Source: Cyanophora paradoxa CCMP329 (lineage: Eukaryota > Plantae > Glaucophyta). From it: a stretch of 64,000 nucleotides of DNA. The DNA lies in contig QPMI01000527.1 of NCBI GenBank assembly GCA_004431415.1, forward strand, positions 62,001 to 126,000, in the 5' to 3' direction. Each line of letters opens with the position of its first letter. Position 1 is the first letter of the stretch. Shown in pieces: positions 1 through 11,486 of the stretch. The notes below the pieces were generated by a model. That model saw only the letters and a program-made list of their open reading frames with translations. It was not told where the DNA came from and did no database searches. The translations under genes and the position numbers were made by a program.

Positions 1-1648
1 GCGCAGCGCGGGGCAGCAGGGGGGCCGACAGCGTCCCGCAGGTCTAGCGGCGCGAGCTGGGGCGAGGCGGGCGGCGCGCGGGGGCTCGGCGGCGGCCTCA
101 TCTCAGGTCCGGGTCCGTTAGCACGGGCGCAGCGCGGGGCGGTGGGAGGGCCGACGACGTCCTGCAGGTCGCATGGCGCAGTGGGAGGCAAGGCGCGCGG
201 GGGGTTGGGGCCCGGCGGCACATGTGGCATGCGAGGCGTGATGCAGCTGGGGCCCCGGCAGGTGGTTAGACCCTGTCCGTCGATCCAACCAGTAGACGTC
301 GGAGTGGTCATGCTCGAGGGCCCCCGCATTTGCGTGCGGCCGCAAGCAAGGAGGGCAGCGATAGCTCCAAGAGCAATGAGAAGGGGACTGGCCATGGGTA
401 GAAGGGGGATGAGGGGAAGGTGCAGGACGGGATTCGCAGCAGCAGGTTGAATGTGCCACAAGAGGGCGGCGATGATGGTGAGGAGCTTGGGGGAGTAGTG
501 TGGGTACGGGGCTTTCTTTAAGGGGCCACGGGGGGATATAGTGTCTAGAGCAGTTTGTAGGGCGTGGCCTGCTAAAGCAGAAACGGTCACTATCGAAATA
601 AATTCTAGGGGTTCTGGAGGATGGCCTAGAAGAAGGAGGAAAGGCAGGGTAAACGGTGCAGCCAGCACAGCCGGGGCCAGGCCAGGGTCATCTGAGACAT
701 AGAGTGCATGCAGGAGATCAGCCCCGAGCTGCCATAGTGCACAGGAAAGCACATGCCATTCGGCCGCTAGGAAGGCCGGGAAAATAATAGAAAATTCAAG
801 GAGACGGGGTGCGAGAAGGAGAGCAAAGTCGGCGAGGCGGGTCCAAGCAAACGCTGCCCGGCGGCGTGCCAAAGGGGACAAGGCCGGGGGAGGGCGAGGG
901 GAGGTCGGGGGGGGAGGGACAGGGCAGGTAAGGAGTTGAAGAAGAGCAGGGCCGGACGAGTCAAGAAACCGCCGGCGGCGCCGGGAGAGGAGTGCGAGCA
1001 GAAGGATCCCGGCAGCTGGCGGGGGGAGGGGCAGAGGGGTAGGAGGAGGCGGGGGCGGGGGGAGGGAGAAGGGTGGGAGGGGGGGAGCAGTTGCTCGGGG
1101 TGTCCTAAGAGGAGGGGCGGGGGGAGGGCTGGTCGAGGGGGCCGGGTACGAGGGATCAATGAGCCATAGTGGGGATACGGGAACCGCTGCAATAACGAAG
1201 CGGAGGGCGTCGATAAGGTGAGGGGCAGTTGTAAGGGGAGGGAGGGCAAGGAGACAGTGAAGGGAGAGGATAAGGAGGGGGGCCCCGCGGTAAGGGCCTC
1301 CACATCGACGCCCGCGGGCTCGTCGCGCATGCTGGGCTTGCCGGCGGGCGCGAATGAGGAGGGGACGGTGGGCGCTGGGAGCGGGATCGGGAAAAACAAG
1401 GTGGCGAAGGAAGCGAGCAGACAGCAGGAGGAGAAGCAGCGAGGGGAGGGCGAGGAAGGCGGGGGAGAGCTGAAGATAAGACGGGGGCCTGATAGAAGGG
1501 GGGAAGAAAGAGGCGGGAGAGGCGGGGAGAGGGGGCGGTGCCCTAGGGGTAGTCCACAAGGGGAGAGGGGGTGGGTCAGGGGGGGCCGAGAGAGGAGGCG
1601 ACTCCGCGAAGGACACTGCTGAGGGGGTCCAAGGGGGGGAAAGGAGAG

Positions 1649-1857
1649 TTCTATGTATATATTAATCATATCGAAGGTCTCGATGAATCATTGAAATTCG
1701 ATGACTATTTGAAAAAATTCGCCGATAGCGAGAAACATCCCGAAGTATTATACAAATACATTGATTACGGAAAGTTACCAGAAAAATTAAAAAATCCCAA
1801 TCTAGAATCATTTGAGGATAATAAAACCAAATTAATCAGTCTAATAAAGAAAAAGAG
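1649..1857 (+). other. AT-rich coding-like insert (FYVYINHIEGLDESLKFDDYLKKFADSEKHPEVLYKYIDYGKLPEKLKNPNLESFEDNKTKLISLIKKK)
   Basis: Composition switches abruptly from G-rich to AT-rich. About 70 stop-free codons, mostly A/T-ending, on the + strand. It separates the two minus-strand ORFs. Confidence 0.6.
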
Positions 1858-3333
1858 CCGGGCAATCAAGGGATGCAGGGGGGGGTACTCTGAGAGGCGG
1901 GGGGGTAACTGGAGGAGAAGTGAGAAAGGGAGTAACGAGAGGGCGAGGAGAAAGGAAAGAAGAAAAAGGAGAGAGAGGGCGGAGAGGGCGAGGAGCTCGG
2001 GGGTTGTGATATGGGGCAGGGGGGGGCACGAGCCGTGCAGGAAGGCATGAAGGGGGGAAATGGGGGCCGTACAGGAGGAAGGGGGGTCAGGGACTGCCGT
2101 TGACGGGCGTCGGCGCGGCTCAGGGGCGGGCTGGGGGCGGGGCTCTCGGGCTGGGCGGCGGCGGGTGGCGTGGCCCTTGAGGCGCCGGGCGAGGAGGGGC
2201 GGGCGGGGTCGGGGAAGGGAGCGGCCAGACGAGAGCGCGAATCGGACCGTGAGGCGGACACCCCGGGGCGGGGCAGGAGAGCTGGCGAGGGAGCTGGCCT
2301 GCGGAGCCATCGGGCGCGTCCTCACAGCTGCTGGGGGGGGTAAAGAGGGCCAGCTGTTCCGGAGGGCAAGAGCGGCTGCAACGTTGCGACGTGCCCGCGC
2401 CGTCGAGAAGGGAGGACGCGCGGGCAGGGGCGTCAGCGGGCGCAGGGTACGGGGGCGTACACGATTGGACTGTGCAGGACGGAGGCCAGGTAGGGGGAGG
2501 TCGGGGCGGGAGGGCGTCGCAGCAGGAACCTGCAGCTCAGCCGGTAGGGGTGGGGGGGCGGGGGAGCTGAAGAAACGACGGAGGCGACGCGGATGACTCT
2601 TCCGCGAGGCCCGGGGCCGGCGAGGCGAGGGTCGGCGCTGATAGGGGGAGAAGGGCGAGCGCGGGAGCCAAGGAGTTGCACCGACGCGGGCCGGGCAGGG
2701 GATAGGGCAAGAGCGGGGGCGGGAGCGGCGAAGGCGCCGGCGGGTGGACCTCGGCAGGGGCCGCCAGGGCCGGCGACGGCGGCAGAGAGCGGGGCCTAGC
2801 AGCGGGGCGGGGCGGCGAGGGGGGCGGAGTAGGCGCGGCGATCGGGGGCCCCGGCGGAGGCCCGGGGGTCCGGGTTCGACTTCGCGGGGAGCGAGCCCGG
2901 CGACATCGTCTAGGCGCCGGCGTCGTCGGACATAGCCCCGGACGCCGATTCCCATGGACAGGCTAAGTGCCGTGAGTATCCCCACGGCAATCCAGCTGGG
3001 ACTAGATAGGAGCCCGAGGATCTCAGAGGCGCAGACGGAGGGAGGGGAAGCCCAGGTGGTGGGTTCAGCTAGGGGCCCGAGGACCGGAGCGAGGCTGGCC
3101 GCCGGCGGGAGGAGGGCGAGGAAAAGAAAAGAAAACAGACCAGGAGTGGAGACACCATGCCGAAGACCCAGTTTCCTGCGAGGAAGGTGTGGCATGAGAG
3201 GGTCGAGGTGGAGAGGCGGGCGGCGGGCGGGCGGGCGGGCGCGCGCGCGCGGCGGGGAGCGAACAGCAGGGGGGCATCTTACCCCGGTGAGCCTTGCGGC
3301 CCCGGGGGATCGACGCGCGGGTTGCCTATCCTC

Positions 3334-3524
3334 GGAGAGCCGGGCCGCTCGACGACGGCGTGTGGCCCCGTGGCATCGGCGCAGCGGGGGAGACCGGACG
3401 GATAGCCAAACCGTACGACGACGGTGTAAGGCCCCGTTACATCGGCTCCTGTGTGGATTGAGGGGGGGCTTATTCATGGATAGCCAAACCGCACGACGAC
3501 GGTGTAAGGCCCCATGACATCGGC
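3334..3524. repeat. Three ~47-bp direct repeats (ggatagccaaaccg.acgacgacggtgtaaggcccc...acatcggc)
   Basis: Copies at ~3334 (degenerate), 3400 and 3478. On the minus strand they encode RC(H/N)GALHRRR(A/T)VWLS-type repeats. Confidence 0.85.
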
Positions 3525-4167
3525 CAGAGCGAGGCATGCCTTTAGCGTCGGCAGCGAACGCGGGGGGCACGTCGTTCGAACGTCGGCCGCCCGCGCCCGC
3601 CACGCAGTGAAAGAGTGGTGATTTGAGAACTGCGGGGCGGGCGTGAGGCCCGGGCGGGTGGCGCGAACGACGCGCGAGGCGGGGTGATGTCCCTTCGCAA
3701 GGGCGCATCGCACGGGGGCTTCTGCAAGCAGAAGGAGCTTGTTCGGTCGGTCGCCGCCCGGCTCGAGTTCCGTCGCGGGCGGCGTTGGCTTCTTGGTGGT
3801 CGCTCGGCTCGAGAGTGAGCGCGGCGCCACATCGTTCGACTCCCTCTGCACCGCCGAGCTGCGACGCCGCTTGGATTGCATCTTGTTGTTGGCGTTGCGT
3901 CGCGAGCCTTGTGTTCGGCTCCGGTGTGCTCGGGCGGTGTCCTCCAGCTCCGTTTGGTGCCGGGAGGCTGTTTATGCTGCTGGACGATGCGCTAGCATCG
4001 CCAGTTTCCCGTACGCGCAGGCCTTCGCGATGGCCTGGGTACATCGTTTTTTTTCTACGCACTCCTAAGGTGCGATTTTTTCGAATTCGAATTCGAACGC
4101 TGCAAACAGCGCTGCGAATCCGAACGCGCCCAATCCTTGCTGCTGACGCGCGCGATTCACCTTGCAG

Positions 4168-7100
4168 ATTCAGCAATCCTTTCGCAGATACTACGAGACT
4201 TGCGCTTTGAATCACTTAGAGGATGCACGTCGGGTCCTGTTCAAACTTGTTTTCAGGGCTTCCGCACCTCGGCCAGCAGCGGAGACCAAAGCCGCCGGCG
4301 CCGGCGCCGCTTCTGAGAGCGAGTACGACGTGGACGCTGCTCTCCGGCTCTTGGGCGAGGCCGATCAACCCGCGGCCGCGGCGGGGGATCCGTCCTCTTT
4401 GAATTCGTGCAATGTTAATGAGAAGCGCAACAGGAAGAAGCTAGCCCAAGCGAAGGTACGGACTCACTTTTCTTGGTCCTCACACATATGCATGCTGAGC
4501 GATAGGATACTGCAGTCGCGGGCCGCCGAGCTGATGGCGCTGTCGAAGTGGGGCCCCGCAAAGGAGCAGCTCCTCTCTGCCCTGCGGGTGCTTTTCATTT
4601 TTCTTTACCTCGTCCTGTATATTTAAATGACATATCTTTGTTCTCGATTTTCTATCTTTGTTCTGACATAGAGTCGTTTTTATTTGTTTTGCGCAGCGCG
4701 ATCCCTCGGATGCGGATGCCCGCACCGCCCTGGCGGAGTGCCTCCTCCGGCTGGCGGACGCGGAGGGGGCCCTCAGCGAGTGCGAGAGCCTGGATCGCCT
4801 CGTCTCCCCCGAAGACGAGCGGCTGAGCCGGTGCGAACGTCGACGCCGGCTGCACAAAAAACGTCGACGTCCTTTATTCAAGAATTTCCATCTTTGATTG
4901 AAAACGCGAGCATTCGCAGCGTCCGAGCTCTTTTAGAATCCGACGAGCCGGCGCCCCGAAAGAAAGACGCTATCGCTGCGAAATCAGCGGCCGCTCCTAC
5001 AGGCGCGAGTTTCAGCCACGTTTTCATCCATATCCGTATTCGCTTTAATTGTGCGGCTACAGGATTATCAAGTGATCACGATCAGCCCGACAGCGAACCC
5101 GCGGGCCTCCCTTTGCAATCCTCATCAGAGCAACCGCGCGAGGTCGAGGGGAAACCCAGCGCTGGAGATGCTCCAAAGCAGCAAAGCGCCAGGTGCTTTC
5201 ATTTACGACGTTGTTGAAAGCGCGAGCATCCGTTAGCTTTTATGACTATTTTTCGACAGCGCTACTACAGATCTAGAGAAGGCCCCCTCTCGCGAGATCA
5301 GCCCCCCCGCGGATGCCGCAGAACCACGTGCACGCAAGGACAAAGAAGTTTCTGCCCTTGAATTCAGGTGCGCTGTGGATTTGGTTAGAACGCGATTCGA
5401 AGATAGATACGCCGACAGCAGTATTGATAACAAGGCTCGCCCGCGCACGGCCAGCCCGCATGCGCACGCACAGGAAACCCGCAATCGCAAGGAGAAGGGG
5501 AAGAAGGAGAAGCACGTAGCAGCGGCTGAAAATCGCGCCGCGTGCCGCTATTTTATGCGTGGCGTCTGCCATTTTGGGAGGCACTGCCGGTGTGCATTGA
5601 ATTGAGCTCCTGCACTCGTACATACGCGCACCGGTGTCACGATTATCTAATCGTTTTAATTCGCAGATACCTGCACACCATCGCCACCTGCACGTCGCCA
5701 GATGTAGAGTGGGTTTTTCGAGACCTAGTCGACATCAAGACGGATTTGATTGCTGAAATCTTTGAAACTCGCATGTGCAGGTCGGCGTCGACGTCTTCGC
5801 ACTTGGCAACGCAAATCTCGTCCGCTTCAAATTTGGCTGCCGCTTCCCGCCGGCGAAGCAGCGCGGAGGCCGAGCTCGAGTGCGCAATTTGCAGCGAGCC
5901 GCTGACCGCGTCGGCCACGCGCGGCCCCGCCCGCCGCCTCCACTGCTGCCGTTCGCTGCCCTTTGAAATCGCCCTGAATATGAACAAATTCTGATGAGCG
6001 ATTTTCGCAGACGAGTTCCACGGCTTGTGCATCGACGGCTGGGCCCGCTCGGACTTCTCGGACGGCTGCTGCCCCATCTGCCGCGCACCGCTCGACGCCG
6101 CCTCCGCTCTAGCGCCAGCGACGGCTTCGAGCAGCTCCGGAACCTCCAGCGCCCCCCGGCCCGCGACCACGTCGCCAGCTGCAGTGCCTGCAGCCTCCGG
6201 ATCCGCTGCGGGCTCGCAGCCCGCGACCGCAGCCACCTCGAGCCCGGGCTCGGGCTCGATCGCGAGCTCGAGCGCCACAGCCGCAGCAGCCCCCTCTCCG
6301 ATCATGATCTCCTCGAATTCCGCACGTCAGCCGGATTCAGCGGCCGACTCCGGCTCGATGGAGAGCGCCACAGCCGCAGCAGCCCCCTATCTGATCCATC
6401 CGAATTCCGCACGTCATGAGCAGCCGGCTTCAGCGCCCTTTTCGGAGGGATCAGAAGGCGGTCCCGTAGCCCCCGCCGCCACCGCCGCCGCCGCATCGCC
6501 GGCGATCGCGAGCCCTGCGGCCATCTCGCCCCTTCCAACTGCGGCGTCTCGCCCCACCCCGGCCCGACCTCGGCCCTACCAGCCCCCGACCGGCCCGCGC
6601 ATGGGCCCGGCGGCCGCGGTGGCGTTCCAACCGGTACCGCCGCTGGCTCGCCCCGAGTCGGCTCCCCCCGCTGCACAGGCACCGGCCGTGGTGCAGCCGG
6701 ACCGCGCAGCGTCCGAATCGGAGCGGGACGCTGAGATCGCGTCGCTGCGGCGCCGGCTGGCGGAGGCGGAGGGGCGGCTCGCGGCGGCGGCGGGGCGGGA
6801 GGCGGGCCTCTCTGCGGCGCTGGCGGAGCGCGCCGCGCAGTCCGCCACGTGCACAGAGCTCCAGCAGCTGCGTGAACAGGCGCGCTTAAGAATTTCGCGC
6901 ACCGCCGCCGCCGTCGCCGTCTAATTTCGCTCTAATGAATTTAAATTCAAACCTCGGCTCCGCAGCGCGAGTCGGACCTGGCCGCCGCGGACGGGCGGCT
7001 GAAGGAGAAGGACGCGCAGCTGGCGGAGCTGAAGGCCCACCTCGCCTTCCTGCAGGTGCCTGGCCGCCCCTCAGGGCCTGTACAAATTCAGTTTAGACCG

Positions 7101-7796
7101 CCTTTCACTTGCTAGTTTCCTTCCTGATTACATTGATGAGCCGAGTCTCCTTAGCCCAGGCCTTCCCAGTGATCACGCTCGCCGCAGCTGCAGCGGGAGT
7201 CGGACCGGGGGGCGGCGGAGGGGCTCAAGGCGGCCTTCGCGGCCCGCGACGAGGAGCGGGGCGGGGAGCTCGCGGCGGCGGCGGGGCGCGAGGCCGGCCT
7301 CCTCGCCCAGCTGCGGGCCCTCCAGGCGCGCGCGGGTTTATAATTAATTTCTCGGACTAACGCGAACCGGATTATAGCTATAGCTATAGTGAGCATGACG
7401 TGAGCAGTCTATCCGCGTTCTATTTTATTAATCAACGTTCTGAATTCGAAGGCGCCGGCGAATCTCACTGCGCATGCGCGATTTCTTCCGGCTCGCAGAT
7501 CCAACTGTTTGGGCTGGAAACATCTCGAAACGAGCTCCAAGCCCATGTGCAGGTCCGGAACTCGAAATTGTATTTATAAAAATGGGATTTGCAGCCCGGT
7601 CTGGTCCGGTTTGTTCCGGGATCCGGTTCGACGGGGGGCGCCCGGGCAGGTTCAGAGGGAGGAGGTCTGGCGCCTGCACCGCGAGCTGAACGCACAGCGC
7701 GAGTCGACGTCAGCGACGGTCTGGCGGGGGACGCGTACGGCGCAGAGCAAGGGGCAGCACAGCGCGTCCTCTCGCCAGCGGGGGCCGGAGGCGTGA
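4168..7796 (+). CDS. Multi-exon protein: TPR-like helices + CCCH zinc finger + RING-H2 finger + Ser/Ala/Pro linker + coiled coil (putative RNA-binding E3 ligase); 5' end uncertain
   Basis: Splicing gives CRYFMRGVCHFGRHCR|YLH (C-x7-C-x5-C-x3-H) and CAIC...LHCC|HEFHGLCIDGW...CPICR (intron 5951-6010). TPR-like segments are AAELMALSKWGPAKEQLLSALR and DPSDADARTALAECLLRL. Coiled-coil exons follow; stop TGA at 7794-7796. Confidence 0.75.
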
Positions 7797-8490
7797 CTCG
7801 CGACGGCGCCGAGAGGAAAAGTCACGTTAACGCTCTCATGCTTTGTCGCACCGGAACAAAATATTATTAAAGCTGCGCGCGCGCGCACGTGTGCACGTGT
7901 TTGACTCGTTCATTATATTCAAAAAAGCAATATTCAAAAGCACATGTACACGTTCCTGTTACATCTGGCGGGATGGAGGCTCATGGAGCTAGGGAGGGGG
8001 CGGGGGAGCTAGCCTAGTAGGGGGGGTCGTCTGACAGGCGGTTAAAGTTCGGCGGTTCAACGTTGCAATTGAAGCATAAGCGAGATCACGTGCGGAGAAC
8101 TTGAAATTCGAAAGGTGGAAGAGAATGATTCGAAACTCGCGGAAGAATGTACAAATTAAAGCAAGAGCGCCTGCCGTGGCCCGCGCACGTGGTGCGCATG
8201 CACGACGATGGTGCATCAGGTGATCAAATCTTGCGGCTGTTCAACGGTGTTTTTCCCCAGGTTTGCCCCAGGCGGGGGTCTTGGTAGGTTTAGTTGATCG
8301 GTCGGAAGGGCACGTCACAGAACATTAATATATGTTGATGCCTGTGCCGTGGAGTACCAATGCGACGTCTACTTTTGCAAAAGCAATGGCTGCAAATTTA
8401 AAGCCTGCAATGGACATGGAAACATGCAGGACTCCGGATGCGGATCATAAAACATGAATCATTAATCGTTAAATTGAAACGTTTCACACG

Positions 8491-8867
8491 TAGGGCACTG
8501 GCCGGCGGGTCTAGAAGCTTGCACCGGGGCTGGCCCAAAATTCCGAAAGCTTGCACCGGGGCTCAGCGGCTGGCCCTAGCGGCTTGGCGGCTCCAAAATT
8601 TCGGCTGGCTTGCCAGCGGCTTGCCAGTTACTATGGTACCGGTGGCCAGCGCGGCTTGGTCTGGCTTGGTGCAGCTCGTGCTAACTTCACCTATGCTTCG
8701 TTCGCCGGCTCGATTGCGAGCCCCGGGCTTGCTGACTTGGCTGACAAGCCGGGGAAAACCGGCAAAACCCCTGGGCTGGCAAGCCGGGGTTTCGGCTGCC
8801 TAGCCCAGGCGCCCCCCGTCCAAATTGGCCGGCTAGCTAGCCGGCTTGGCCGCCGGCCAGTGCCCTA
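8491..8867. mobile_element. Non-autonomous hAT-type MITE (377 bp)
   Basis: Perfect 18-bp TIRs TAGGGCACTGGCCGGCGG, a perfect 8-bp TSD TTCACACG (8483-8490 and 8868-8875), and internal short repeats (aagcttgcaccggggct, ggcttg). Confidence 0.93.
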
Positions 8868-8999
8868 TTCACACGTTACTAAGTTAATCATCCGCGGCCG
8901 CATTTGCATCAAATTGCATGTCAAAGCCTCAACGGCTGTCATCGATATCCGGATCCAGACTCCGGACTCCGGATATGCGCATACATATGCATGATCGAC

Positions 9000-9067
9000 T
9001 CTGTGAACTCGCGAGTCGCGATTCGCGAATGGCGATCGATCGCGCGTCGCGATTCGCGAGTCACAGA
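9000..9067. repeat. Imperfect ~21-bp inverted repeat (hairpin)
   Basis: tctgtgaactcgcgagtcgcga ... tcgcgattcgcgagtcacaga. Confidence 0.6.
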
Positions 9068-10344
9068 CTTCCGTTCGCGTTGTATATTATGCGTGTATAT
9101 GACGTCGACGACCAAGGGTCCGACACTGTGACAGACTGTCACCGCGCCATCATATGCATTGGCCTATCAATCGCTTCGTGAGTCCGCTCGTGACTGAGTC
9201 GTGAGTCCGCTCGTGAATCGTGATTCGGGCCGATTATCCGATGATTATCCGATGCATCATTTATGATGATCAGTCCGATGGTAGCCTAGTAGAGCCTCCG
9301 ACTCTCAGGCTCCGAGTCTAGTGACCCTAGTCGGAGATCTATACTAGTAGCTAGATGCATATGATTTGAGCCTCGGCCCTCGCGATCGGATCCGGAGTGA
9401 CATTGATTCCGGACTCCGATCCGGAGGTAGAGACGCGCAGTTGCCATGATCAATGCAAGCGCAATATTCAATGATTAATCGCAATCGTATTGCGCCGATT
9501 CGCGCCGGGCGCCGCGCGCCGGCGGGGCCCGGGGACTCGGCGGGGAGTCCGCGGGGACTCCGCCCGGTCCGCCGGCCGCGGGGACTCGCCGGCGACTCGC
9601 CGCCGATCGCGACCGCCGGGCCCGGGGGCGCCGCGTTCATGCATATGCTCATGAATAATGATCAGATTAACTTATTTATATATTTTTTTTTTTGGTGAAT
9701 TACCGGCCACAGTCTCTAGACACCAGCACTGCGGGGGCTGCCCAGGGGGCATAGAGACAAAATAGCAAAATAACTAAGACAAGAGCACGAAGAAAGATAA
9801 GACAAAGAGCCAAAATCGACAATAAAAAAGGAAAGACACAGAGCTCGAGACAGATCGATTGCGAGAAGAGACAACTTATTTATATAACATTCCGCAAGCG
9901 TATATGTCGCCGAATATATGCGTAATATTCGTGAATATATGTTCGTGAAAAAAATCACCGCTTCGCCCGCGTACTACCGTAAAAAATAAACCCCCACCGT
10001 ACTACGGTAGTTTCACGCGCCGCGGCCCCACCGTCCCACCGTATACGTAGTTTCTCAAAACAAAAAAAATGAGTCAGCTACCGGTAGCTTCGCTGATGGC
10101 ATCACTAAGTCCGACGGTCATGGCACTGATATCGATGGCACTGCGGCAGTTACTGATGATCATCATCATGACATCATGGCATCAGAGATGACCGGGCCAG
10201 GCCGGGGAGCCACTGCAGCTGGGATTCGGCCGGGCCGTCCGACGGTCTGGCCGGGGCCCGGGAGATTGGCCCAGTGTCCACAGTGGCACGAGCCGCACGA
10301 CTCGACTGTCGGACGGTCGCCAGTGACTCGCCACTCACTCACTT

Positions 10345-10850
10345 CAGGTCGTTTTCCCCATGCGCGGCGACTTGGAATTCGGTAATTAGGTAATTAGGGG
10401 TTTTTCGTCGACGAGGGGAGGGGTACAGTCTTTAAACTAGTTCCGGACAGCCCGAGCTAATTAGCCGGAACTCGAGGAGGTCCGGCCCGACCTCCTCGAA
10501 TTCCAAGCTACCGTGTAACACTAATTTAACAGCCCGTTAACTAACAGGTTATAAAATCTGGCCCTCCCTTAGGCGAAATAACAGAGTCCCAAATTAACAG
10601 ACTGAAACATTTGGGCTTGTATGGGGCGGTAATCTTGGGGGGTAGATTGTATGGGACGACTGAACAGGAGCGAATTAGCAGAGTCCCAAATTAACAGACT
10701 GTGTCAAATTTTCGGTCTGTTAATTTAGGACTCTGTTAATTAAGTGAGTCCAGTATTTATGTGTTACACGGTAATTAGATTTTTACCGGTTCGAGGATCG
10801 TCCGCAAAAAAAGGTGCGTGTTCGACCTAGTACATGGGGAAAACGGCCTG
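10345..10850. mobile_element. Putative PIF/Harbinger-like MITE hosting a nested insertion
   Basis: 18-bp TIR with one mismatch: CAGGTCGTTTTCCCCATG (10345-10362) / CATGGGGAAAACGGCCTG (10833-10850). An internal palindrome runs 10455-10510 and continues at 10774. No clean TSD, so the family is tentative. Confidence 0.55.
10511..10771. mobile_element. Tc1/mariner/pogo-type MITE (TA target)
   Basis: TIR CCGTGTAACAC at both ends, flanked by TA (10509-10 and 10772-73). Internal cagagtcccaaattaacagac occurs twice direct and once inverted. Confidence 0.85.
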
Positions 10851-11486
10851 AGCCTCGGAGTGCCAGCGAGTGCTGGCGCCAGGCTGCAGCCCGCAGCTGC
10901 ACGGTCCTGCACCTTATGCGCACTCTCCAAAAGTTGAGCACGTGCACCGTGCACGCTCCGAGGCTCATGACGCGACTCAGCCTGGCATGCGCAGCCTGGC
11001 AGGATCACTCAACTTGTGACTCAAGTCGCACTATCATGATCATAGTATATATCCTCGTATATATACACTAGTAATATGATACCGGTATCATAATATATAT
11101 CTAGCTATAAGTTTTCGTTCCTATAACCTATTCCTAGCTATAGCTATAGCTTGTAGCTAGTATACGTACTAGTAATATCTAGTATGTCAAGTTGTCAACG
11201 CAGTATGCGTATGCCAGTATGCGCAGCCGGTACTACATAGCTGCAGGCTGCAGGCTGCAACTGCATGCATATGGCTGCTGCAGCTCGCAGCTGATCATGG
11301 AGTCATTGAGTGTGCAGCTAGCCTAGTAGCGCGCTTGCAAGTCGTGCAGCAGCAGCTGCAGTCCGCCGCGGGTTCGGCGTCTCTAGATCTAGATCTGAGA
11401 AGCGTCGGTCAACGTTGGGGCCAGCCCTGAAAGTCGTGGTATACGTAGATCTAGAGGTGCCCGGCGCGGCCGCGGCAGCAATATTA

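Larger units (their letters stand above)
1..3900 (-). mobile_element. Intronless, strand-asymmetric region with very long Pro/Arg/Leu-rich minus-strand ORFs; possible 5' part of a retroelement
   Basis: One minus-strand frame, translated by hand, is open from ~1661 to the window edge (~550 codons; it is missing from the track because it has no stop). The track ORF 1765..4215 lies upstream. There is no intron pattern, unlike all neighbouring genes. No RT, endonuclease or integrase motif is visible in the window. Confidence 0.3.

Noticed and set aside
2860-2900. 2A ribosome-skipping peptide (REVEPGPP)
   Set aside because: Does not match the required D(V/I)ExNPGP.
3334-3524. CRISPR-like repeat-spacer pattern
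   Set aside because: Only three diverged 47-bp copies with unequal gaps that preserve a reading frame; better explained as a coding repeat.
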